The notes beneath the pieces are model-generated. The model did no database searches and was not told where the DNA came from. It worked only from the letters and a program-made list of their open reading frames with translations. A program made the position numbers and the translations under genes. A stretch of DNA of 64,000 nucleotides from positions 9,025,957-9,089,956 of the forward strand of contig CAJINV010000005.1 in assembly GCA_905178155.1 (NCBI GenBank). The letters run 5' to 3'. This DNA is from Amoebophrya sp. A120. Lineage: Eukaryota; Protista; Dinoflagellata. Of this stretch, positions 35,852 to 47,800 are shown in pieces. Each line of letters opens with the position of its first letter. Positions within the stretch are counted from its first letter, which is position 1.

Positions 35852-38800
35852 TCATGAAATCTGATACGGAACCGCGTCAATTTGTCCCGCGTTGGTAAAA
35901 TAAGCCCCGTCCGGCCTGTATGCATTGCAAATATGTTTGGGTCCGGAAACCTGTGATGCAAGGAAGGGAATAGTGAGCACACTGTGATGCGCTCCCCAGC
36001 ATGACAAGTTTTTCGGTGCTTCTGAGTTGCGTACTCCGCATGAGAAACAAACCGCGTTTTTGCATGACAGAAAAGCAGACCTCTTCGGGGGCACGCGATA
36101 CAGAGTTCAGAGTCATGCCAGACTAGCATGACATGGCGCAGAATCTTCCAGACCCAGACATATTTGCATTTGATAGACTCCCGCCCACCTGCGTTTGCGG
36201 GCCGAGGTTGAAGTTTTGCAAGGTTGTGTCGTTCACGTTCCGCCGGTTCTTGATCCGATCCCCCATGCTCTTCCGCACCCGGCCGCCCCCCGCCCGGTCG
36301 GACGGCATGGAATCGTAGCCCTGCAGTTCCAGATCCCGACTCCGCATTTCGTTCTCGATCCCGTGGGCCGTCGCGCCGGTGGTCGGCGCCCGCGGCATGG
36401 ACGCGTTGGGATTTCCTTGTTTCATATTCCGCGACGCCCGTTTCGATTGCAGCATGTCCTGAATCGAACTGGCCCCGAACCCGGCGGTGCCGTATCAACT
36501 GCAAATATGTGTGGGTCCTCTGGAAGGTTGCAAGACTTGTCATGCACATTTTCCACGACCACCCATGAGGTCTGGAGTGGGGGACCGAGCATGACAGATT
36601 CTACTTTGAGGTCTCTATCATGCCTATACTGCATGAGAAACTCGTCCCCCTCAACCTGGTCAAAAGAGGACAGCGGTTCTTGGCCCTCATGCAAGACAGA
36701 TTTTTCCATGATTCAGATTGAGCATGACAAGTTGCAATCTTCCAAACTATCCAGACAAAGTTGCAATGCATATGCCCGGCTTCGCGACGATGTGGCCGGC
36801 GGCCTCGTCCGGCGTGATCCCGGTGGCGGACGACACTTGGAAATTCTTCACCGCTTTTGGTTTTTGCAATCTGTCCTTCGGCCGGTCCTCAACGAGAGCG
36901 TTTTCTAATAGCAGGAACAAGTCTTTCTCCATGGCGTCGATAAACTCCAAAATTTTCTCGTTGCTGATCCCCAAATCTAGTAATTCGTCCATCTTATCCG
37001 CGATTTTCTTCGCGAGAACCTGTGTTTCCACAAAGATCAGCTCGTACGCGTCCATTTGCGCAATTCTGTCCAAATGCTGCAACACGAAGTGCTTCAACTG
37101 CTCAAACAATTTCGTCGCGGCCTGCATGGTTCTGTGTTGCGGTTTCAAACTCTGCATGTTGCCGCGCATCGACAACCGGTTGATCACTTCATCCCTTAAA
37201 TTCACCCGACGAATTTCCCGCATGGTTAAATTTTCCGTTAATCTATCCTGAGTAAAAACATCCCCACACCAGAGTCAAGATGAGGATTTTGCAACACAAA
37301 CCTAGAACTTTTGGGGGTCACGCATCACAAGTTGCAGTCCGTAGTGTAGTGCAGCTTCGCAAGGCCAGCTGCATCAGAAATCCACCTGCTCATCCTGTTT
37401 ACGGCATTACAAATTCCAAAACACGACTAAAAATGCCTCTCCTGGTGATGCGCATTACAAATGTTCCTGTCATTGCAAATCTGCATGACAACTCTGGTGT
37501 GGGGACGTTTTTACTCAGGATATAATCTTCTCCCCACCGTGTCGACGAAGTGCTGCTTGACCAACGCTATGGATTGCAAAAGTGTCTGGGTCTGGAAGAT
37601 TGTCAGATTTGTCATGCAGCTTTTCCATGACCCATGAGGTCTGGAATGCAGGACCTAGCATGACAGATTCTGCGCGATCTCTCTCATGCCTATCCTGCAT
37701 GAGAAACTTCCTTCCGACTTGATCAAAACTGGACGACTTTTGGTAATCATGCAACACAGATTTTTGCATGCTTCAGATTTAGCATGACGCGCTGCATTCT
37801 TCCAGACCCAGACACTTTTACAGTTGATAAGCGCTTCAATCTGGTCGGTTTCAATCACGTCCTCGGTTAACAGGGAATACTCCTCAAACACGTCGACCTG
37901 GTCGACGACAAACATCTGCCTATTCGCCACGTTCGCGTGCGTGAGCTCCTTGTTTACGTGGTGGGAATGGAGGAGAAGTGCTTCCTCAATCGTTTCTCCG
38001 GAATGGTACGCCGGGCCGTCGGAGTTCGCCTCCTTCTCCATCATTTCGACGATGCGCTCGCAGAAGTCCGTGATTAACTGCCCGTCATACGCGGAAACGG
38101 ACTTCAGCTCCTTCACGATCAACTGCATTAAATTCTTCCTCCCCAGCTGTCGGTTCCGGAGCCACATCGACTATCCTGAGTAAAAACGTCCCCACCCCAG
38201 AGTTGTGATGCAGATCTGCAAGCACAAGAGCGCTTGTAATGCGCGATCCCATGAGGGGCATTATCAATCGTGTTTTGGAACTTGTAATGCTGTAAACAGC
38301 ATAAGGAGATCGATTTGCTATGCGGCTTCCCTTGCTAAACTGCACTACACTACAGTCTGCAATTTGTCATGCGTGGTTCCCAAAACTTCAAGGTTTGTGT
38401 TGCAAAATCCCCATCTTGACTCTGGGGTGGGGACGTTTTTACATAGGATATCGACTCTTCGGCGTTCATCGGCTTCATGAACTTGGTCTGCGCGCAGCGG
38501 TTATGCATTGCAAATATGTCTGGGTCGGGAAAAACATTGTGATGCAAATCTACGAATTGTGGGCGCACTGCAGTATACCGCCTAGCATGACAAGTTTTTG
38601 CGCTGCTGTGTGTTTCGTTTTTCGCATGACAAACTGCGTTTTTGCATGACAGGCAAGAGGCCCTTGTTTTCCTGTTCATGCATCACAGATTTAAGAGTCA
38701 TGCCAGACAAGCATGACAACCTTGCATTCTTCCAGACCCAGACACATTTGCAATGCGCAGCGATTGGACACGTGGCCGATGAAGTGGCAAACGACTTCCG

Positions 38801-41800
38801 CGATCTCTTGATCCCGAGAATTGATCACCATTCCGTCGGTGAGAATTCCGACCAACTCGTAGATCACTTTCCGGAACTGTTGCTCGGTTCCAAACTCGTG
38901 CTCAATTTGCTGTAAAACCCGCTGCGCTAAGAAGTCACAAGTGTCGAAAAGCGCTTTGCCCGCCAAATCCTTCTTCGGGTTTTTCCGCGACTCGATCTTT
39001 GCCAGTTCCAAAGTCTTCAGCAAGAAATTCGCCAAAACCGTGACGTCGTTCGGAAGGGCGTCGGGTGTGTGTGGCTTCAATTCCGGCTTGCACAGCTCCT
39101 GCTTCAGTTTCTCCTTCAGCTCATTGTCCAGTTTCGTCGCAAGCTTCTCCAAGAAATCCTGCACCAAGCCGGCGTCGATATCGGAGGTTGGTTGCCGGGT
39201 GAGATTCGCGGACAGATTCTGCAGAAAAGTTTCACACCTCCTGTCAATCACGTCCTTGATGACATCATTCAACACCCGGATGGCGTCGTTCTCTGGGTAG
39301 GATTCCAGCCCCGCTAACTCCTCCACACTGATGTTATCCGGGTGGCTCGCCTATCAAGTGTAAAAGTGTCTGGGTCTGGAAGATTGGAAGATTTGTCATG
39401 CACATCTGACATGACCCATGACGGCTGTGATCTATGCCCTAGCATCACAGATTTTCTGAGTGCGTCTTGATGCATATCCTGCATGAGAAATGCCCTCTCG
39501 TCCACGTGGCAAGGACTGGACTCCTATTGCCTGTCATGCAACACAGATTTTTTTAGAATCCAAAAATAGCATTACAAGTTGCATCCTTCCAGACCCAGAC
39601 ATTTTTACATTTGATATCGCCATCAGTTCGATCTGATCACCCACGTTGCAAACCAATTTCACCGGCGCGTACCGCCACCGGGCGTTCAAGGCCCGCTGCA
39701 TTAATTCGATTTCTGAAGATCGGTGGACTTCTAGCGCCAAAGCGTTCATGGCCTCGGCGACCAGCACGTCGACAGAGGCGAGTTTGGCCTTCATCAACTT
39801 GTGCGAATTCATCCCCCCTAAGATCGTGTTCTCTTTCGCGACTTTCACACCCACTTCCACCTTCCGGAGTAGTTCTAAATCCACGTTTTCCAACTTCGTC
39901 CGTTTAATAATGTCGCACTGGCCCTCGACGAAGGCCTGCACGTAGCGACAGGCTTGCAATAAAGACATTTCGTCGACGACATTGGCGTTCAACGAGTCCT
40001 GGAAATCCTCTAGGACCTCCCCATCCACGGAATTCGTCCTCTCAATCAACGTGATGACCGTATTCGCCAACGATTGACTCGTTTGGACCGCCTCGCGGGA
40101 TAAGGGGAATTGGCAGTAAGCCAACCCCCTGCCGATGATGGACGACGCGCATCCAGCCGCCATGTCGTGGATCGCACCTAACGCGTCGATTTCCGTTTCC
40201 ACTATTGGTAACAATCTCGACGGAATATCCGCGATCTGCCGGACCGCGACTGTCACTTTAGGGACGGCCAGCCACTTGCTGTCATCCGGCCCCGGTTGGG
40301 TGACAACGACGTTGAGACCGTATAATGTTTTGGAAGTGGCGATTAAGGAAATGTTTCGCTCCACCAAATCTGGCGGGACGAACTGGGTCACGACTTTGTG
40401 GACGGAGGAAACCAGATGTCGCGCCAACGCGTCGAAATCCGCGCACTGGATGTGGAGACGGTCGTGGTCTAAATATTTCGCGACGTCGACAACCTCATGG
40501 ACTAATTGTTGGCAGTCCTTGGCGTTGCACTTTAGCATGCCGTGGGTGGTGGTGCCAAAGCCTGGGCGTAAGACGTCCATGTGGTCACCCAGTTTGAAAT
40601 TGCGAACCAGCATGTCGGAGGTGATCGGATCTTTGTGCATGCCAACCCGGTGGAGGCGGCGGTTTCCCGCGTTCATGTCCCGGAGAACGGCGATTCCGCG
40701 GTAGTCGCGACGGGAGAGGCCCTGATAGTTGTAGAGGTTTTTTGAATATCATCCCTTGGCTTTGATGCATGACAAGTTCTCGGAGGACTTTCATTTTGAT
40801 CATGAAACTTCTGTTGCAGGAAATTCCGAAAAAACTCAAACTTTGTGATGCAAAAACCACACTATCAATACCGATTTCAACGTCTTCAACTCGTCCTCTT
40901 CAATTCCCTCCGTCCAGCTCTGCAGCATGTTCCGCCTGAACATCCCGTGCATGTCATGCCTTTTATTCGCCAAAAACTCCGTCCTCTGCCGCAGCCGCTG
41001 CTCGCCCCGCCAGTACATGCGGCGGACGACCGCTTTCATGGCGGCACGTTGTAAAATTTCTTCCAACAGCCCGACATCCCCCTCATATCAACTGCAAAAA
41101 TGTCTGGGTCTGGAAGAATGGAAGTTTGTTATGCTTGTCTCACATGACTCTTAAATTTGTCATGCACATTACCCAAGAGCCCCATTTTGCTGTCATGCAG
41201 AAACGCAGTTTGTCATGCAGAATAGGCAACACCTCTAAGCTCAAAAGCTTGTCATGCTGAGCCAGCATTTGTGGCCTCTTCATGATACGCCACCCAGCAT
41301 CACAACTTTCCAGACCCAGACATTTTTACAATCCATACCTCAGAAGCGGTTGCAATGGTACTGCCCATAAACTCCTGCAGCGCCGCGCGGCCGAAGAGAG
41401 CGACGATCCAATATCGCAATGACAAATCCCCCCTCCCCATATTGACGCGGTAGGTTTTCGCAAATTTGCGTTGCTGATATGTGACCACAAATCGTGTCTG
41501 TGTTGCAAGACGGCAACTCCACCGGCTCCGCTGCATTATGCAGGCGGTTTGTCAACATGCTGTTAAGCGCTACAGCACGGACGTTTTTCATGCTAAAAAG
41601 CGCCTAGATTAAAGCCTCTCTACTCAGGCTTGATATGGGTCATCTGCAGTCCTGTCCAGCAAGACAAATCTGACTTGTGTACTCAAATCCAGCATCAGAA
41701 ACTTCGTTTTCATATGGGGAGAAGGGATTTTTCCTTTTGATATCAAAGCCTTGACCGCCACGCCGGTTTCGTGTTCCAATAAATCCGCGACGCCGAGCGC

Positions 41801-44800
41801 CCGGAGGTGTTCCGCGGTTCCGCCGAGAAATTTGCTGGCCCCGACCCGGGCGTGAATAATCAGCGCCTCCGCGACGGTGTGGAGGTTCAGATTGGCCTTC
41901 GCCTTGTCAATCGCGCCGGAGTACAGGGCTTGTCGTGCCGCGAACCGACCGATTTCTTCCAAAACGGTAATGTTCGCGTCGGGCGTGACCTGTTTGTCAT
42001 CGGCAATACCGTCCTTCGGAAACATCGGGTCCGTCCCCTGCACCTGCGCGGCACCTTCGGCCGCCGCGACAACCGACGCGGCGCCGGACCGGGATAGTAA
42101 GTCCGCAAGCCTTTCGTGCGTTTGGAACTTCTCACCAAGAACTCCCGCGATGCAGTGCTCCGCGATCCCCTCGGAGGCGAGGCGGAAATCCGGTTTGGAA
42201 GCCATGTCCTTGGTCCGCAGAGCCTTGGACAGCTTGAAGTTCGTCACATTGTTGGAGGTGGTCGGCTTCATGACCTTACAATGCCGGGCGATGTCCGTGT
42301 CTTCCAACGGCGTTTTGTACTGCAACTTGCTCAACCCGGCGCCGGTTAAACCCGCGCCCAGAATCTGCTCATTGGACATTCCCATCGACTCCATCGCGTT
42401 TTCAATATTTTCCTGCTCCTCCCCCCGCAGCTGCGCCATCCGTTCCGGCTCGATCAAACGAAAGCTCGCGTCGGGCACGTAGGTCACGTCCGCCGCTTGG
42501 TACAGTGCGGATAGCTTTTATGCAATACAAATATGCCCCCACACGACCCAGTTTTTGTCATGCAAGAAGTACTTCAGCATTGTCTCCTCTGATGCGAAAT
42601 TTGCAAGGCTGCCTTCGCTGAGACCAAGACGCACTATCAAAATCTTGAATCAATTTGTCTTGCGACCCGTGCATCTGCTTATCCTTTCCAGAGGCTGCTT
42701 TTTGCAATACAAATTTCTGAGTCAGAAGGCATAATTGCTTTGCATAACTTCCCGTCCCCGAAGACATCAGAAGAACGACTCGGCTTGTAGAAGTTATCGA
42801 TGGAATTGTCCTATGCATTGCAAAAGTATCGTACTCGTACTACTTGCGTTTCTGCATTACAAATCTTTTTATCAAGGCAAATCCGCATTACAGCTTCAGT
42901 TTGTAGTGCTAGGTGAATTTGTAATGCATTTATACGAGTACGATGCTTTTGCAGTTCATATGTCCTGGGCGTGTTTGTCCTTTTCGGTCAAAAACGCAAC
43001 TTCGTCCCGGGAGTGGTCGGACTCGATCACCATCACGTCGCCGAGTTCCGGGTCGACAATCATGTGGCAGAGGCACTCTAAAAGCCTATCATCCCGGTCC
43101 ATCTCGTGCTCCATCACGAGCAGTTGCTCCGCATCTTTTAGGAATCCGGTGCAGCATAAAATGTCGACAATCCCACCCTCATCAAGTGTCATGATATCGT
43201 CCATGTGGATCATCACGATTTTCATCTGCTCGTGAATCGTCCCATCGTTATCTTTCTCCGGGCCCAGTAAGTCCAACGCGTCCTCAATGTCGCAGAACGA
43301 GGAAAACATTTCCAACAAATCCCTCGTTTTACTAACTTTCGTCTCGTCCGGGATCACCATGACAATGTCCCGTCGCGTCCGGTGCGGCTCCGTCCCGGGG
43401 ACCCGGGGCAAATGCCGGTCCTGACTCATGCCGACCACTTCTAACAACTGTGTCCGATCCCCCGCCACCTGCACGATCGTGTGGTTGTCGCGAGATTGCA
43501 AGATCGAGACCTTCGCGGGGGGGGAGTTCTGCTCCTTCTCCATGTCCCCCATGTTGTCCGCGCCGATTTCTCCGGTGGCGAGATATCGCGCTTCCGCGGG
43601 TAGTTTATCCCCACGCGTGCACGAAATGTCGGTTTGCGACTGCTTGGCCGCGCGGCCCATGAGGTCTTGCAACAAGGCGGAGTCTTGTGGTTGCCCGGAC
43701 AGGTTGTCGTTTTTCATTTTTTCGTCCCTTTTCCTCCTTTGCTCCGGGTCGATGTCCATCTCGACCCCCGGCATGAGTTCGATCGACCCCCAGAGTTGCG
43801 CCCCTTTTACCCGCAGTTGCATCCCCAACTCCTGCACGAACTCGTTCTGCCAGGAACTGTTCAACAATAACGCGTCGCGGATGTGCAACCGTCTCACTCT
43901 TTCCTCCAGCATGTTGCCGAAATGCATCAGGATTCATCAAATGCAAAAGTGTCTGGGTCTGGAAACTTGTGATGCTGGGTGGCGTCTCATGATGAGGCCA
44001 CAAATGCTGGCTTAGCATGACAAGTTTCTGAGTTTCTAGGTGTTGCCTATTCTGCATGACAAACTGCGTTTCTGCATCACAGAAAAATGGAGCTCTTGGG
44101 TAACGTGCATGACAGATTTAAGAGCCATGCCAGACAAGCATGACAAATCTCGCAATCTTCCAGACCCAGACATTTTTACAGTTGATAGGATTTCGCTCGC
44201 CACAATCTCCGGGTTGGGGACCAGTTGCATTTGCGGCTGCTCTATCAAATGCAAAAATGTCTGGGTCTGGAAAGTTGTAATGCTAAAAGTGGATGATAGC
44301 CGGACTGCAATACGCAGCCAAGCATGACAAATTTTTGAGCGGCTACGTGTTGCGTATTCCGCATGAGAAACTGCGTTTTTGCATGACAGATAGGAGAGCC
44401 GGTTCGTTCCCACGCATTACAGATTCTCGTGTCATGTCAGACATGCATGACAAGTCGCAGAATCTTCCAGACCCAGACATTTTTACATTTGATATGCTCT
44501 AAAATTCCGATTTCCAGCGCGTCGAGGAGATCGGAATGGAGTTTCCACACGAGGAATTTCAATAAGTGTTCCGCCCGTTCGTACGCCAGATCCGCGTTGT
44601 CTTTGATCTCTTCCTGTTTCAGAATCTCCTCCTCGATCATCTTCTTATTCTCCGCATTGGTCTCCATAGATTCAACCAAATCCCGGATTAATTTGCTCAT
44701 CACCGCGACTAGAGTATCTAGTGTCGCCAACCGGCAATGCTCATACCGATTCGTCCAGGTGACCCGATCGACTAAGTCCACATTCGGGCTCTGCATCCGC

Positions 44801-47800
44801 TCCAAGTACTGCGCATGGTGCACGCAGAGGGTGGCAAGAGTGACGGAAGCAATCGCTTTGGCGTGGTGGGGCATCAGCTCGATGTTCAATTTCTTCACAA
44901 GTGCATCTAATTCCGGGCGGTAGCCAACCCCGGCTTCGACGTAGAAGCAGGGCTTTTCGCAGACCGAGCGGTGGGCGAGGGAAGAGACGACCTTTGATAA
45001 AGTTTTTTTTTTTTCGTAGGTAGCTTTGCATATGACAAATAGTATTTGGATTTTCAGCATCAGAAACTTTGGCCATGCAGAAAAAAAGCAAAATTTGTCA
45101 TGCAAAACCCACTAAAAAGCCCTATACCTTCTCAAACTCCGCCACGACGTTGCTTTTCCGGGCTTTGTCATCCCAAATCCGCTTTTCAATTTGGTACAAA
45201 ACCGCCTCCACCAAAATGTCTACGTCAGATTGAAACCGCCAGGAAATCGGGGTATGCATTGCAAACATGTCTGGGTCTGGAAACTTGTGATGCTAAAGTG
45301 TGAATGATGGAAGCAATTCCGAATGCAGCCAAGCATGACAACTTTCCACTAAGCTTTCTGATGCGTAGCCCGCATGAGAAGCTGCGTTTTCGTATAGACA
45401 AAAGGGGCTGCGCATTTTGTTGGTCATGCAACACAAATTTTACAAGAATGTGAGACCTGCATTACAAGTTCGAACTTTCCAGACCCAGACGCATTTGCGG
45501 TTGATACGGGGTTCTGTCTTCCAACTTTTCCACCTGCATGGGTAGCTGCGTGTTCTCCGTCGTGACCTGGTATAGCAAAAATACCGCGTCGTTGATTTCC
45601 AAATACAATTTCTCCCGGATGGGGTCGAAAAGCGACTCATCCAAATCCATTTGGTTAAAAGTGTTCCGGAAAACGTTCAACAGATCGGTCGCACGCTTCC
45701 GAGAAGATTCGAGAATCTGGTCATGGAACTTCGCCCGCGGATCCGTGTATTCGTCGTGCTTGATCGCGTCGTAGTGTTCAAAAGCGGCGACGACGACCAG
45801 TTTCAACGTCACGTGCGCCAGAACCGCTTCTAAGAATTCTCTCTCGCTTGTTCTCGTGTGCCGCCCGATTTTCCGCTCGTCGATCATGAGTTGCACGATT
45901 TTCACTGCCGACTCGCAGATGTATTGGAAGGCGACTTCGGCCTTGGAGAGAACATCCTCCCGGCCCCCCTTGATCCCGAGCTTGACGACCACTTCGGTCA
46001 GATCTTGGTGGTAGACCGCGATCCGATCGAGTTTTTCGTCGATCGGCACGTGTATCAACTTGAAAAGTGCCCCGCTGCCCCAGAAGTGCAAACAATTTCT
46101 GATGCGAAATTCCCGAATGGAAATCAGTTTTGTCTTGCATGAAACGACCACGAGTGAGTCTCGTCCCCGATCTAGATTCTAGTCCTGTAGAGCATCTCTC
46201 GCATGACAAGCCCCACTGTTGCTGGGCCTTTTTGCAACACAGATTTTTGTGCTAGAATTCCTCAATGAAATACTTAAATCTGTGTTGCGGGAATATGCAA
46301 GATGGAGAGTTTTTCCATTCGCAACCTTTGCAATACAAACACTTTCCCTTTCTGGGGTGGGAGCTGCACTTTTCATTTTGATAACGTGCTCTACGTCTTC
46401 ATCTTCCACATCGGACATTTCCGCGCGGTCCGCCGCCGCTTCCGTCTCCACCCGCGTGATCTCGTTTTCGGATTGTTTCAGGGTATAATCCAACGCGTTG
46501 GAAATATCTTCGACTAAGCATTTCGGGTGCTCGCGACAGAGATTGTACAGATTTTCACCACAACTGTACAATTCCGAATAATCGTATTCCCCCTCGTCGA
46601 TCGCGGCGATCATTTTCTTCATGGTCCCGTCGGTTTTCAACAAATGGATCACATCATCGGCGATCTCCTGCTTCACCAATTCGGGGTGACTTAACGGCAA
46701 CGTCGAGTCAAAGTGCGGCGGGTGCTGCATGAGCTTAGCCACCTGCTCGATGACCAGTTGTCGCCTCACGTCGTCGAGGAAATATCGGTTGGTCGCTTCT
46801 AGGAACATGTTGGCAAGTTGTGTCCTTCGTTGGAATATCAAATGCAAATATGTCTGGGTCTGGATGAAACTTGTGATGCTAAAACATGGATGAGCCTGGT
46901 GCTTTCAAGTCCAGCCAAGCATGACAGGTTTATTTGGCGCCGACTGATGCGTATGACGCATGACAAACTGCGTCTTTGCATCACAAAAAGGCAAAACTTT
47001 TGCTGGCTATGCAACACAAATTTTTCAGGAATGCTAGACCCGCGACACAAGCTCCACTTTTCCAGACCCAGACATATTTGCAATGCATATGGAAAGTCGC
47101 AACACAAACGCCCTGCTGGTCCTCCGTTTCCTTGTTGAAAAAGTCGCGGATTTGCAAACCCGGCTGGCGCTCGTAGGCGGACTGATATTGATTTGGAATT
47201 GGTGCATGACAAAAACAGGGTAATGTGCGGATTGTCCTGCATGACACATTTCGAAATTTTTGGAAACCAAAACAACCTCTACTCGGCATTTCTGCATCAC
47301 AAAAGCGAATAAAACTACTCATGATTCATGGAGCAGATTACGCATGACAAATAACCCATAGTACCTTCCCCATGCTGCCCCGGGAATTTTCGCTGATCGC
47401 TAAACCGCCACCCTGCGTCGCGTACACCGTCGCGCCATCACCGATTTTTCTATGCATTGCAAAAGTATCGCTCTAGTAGAAATAGCAGCACAAATTTTTC
47501 CTGAAGGAAAAATGGAATTTGTAATGCTGAATGAGCTCAGGAACCAGGTTTGTCATGCACGACTGCAATTTCTACGAGTGCGATACTTTTGCCTTTGATA
47601 TTTCCGACCGCGGAGCGATTTTTTCGGTTTGCCCTTCCCCGGCACTTGGTTCAGTTTCTCCGCTTGTTTGAAGTATTTGATCCGAGAAAACCGTTCTTTC
47701 GGGTTTTTGTACAGAAAATCCCCGCCGTCCCCGACCGCGGCCTTCCAATCCACCTCGTCGTACAACCAGGACAACGACCCCGCGTTTTTGTCCTTCACGC

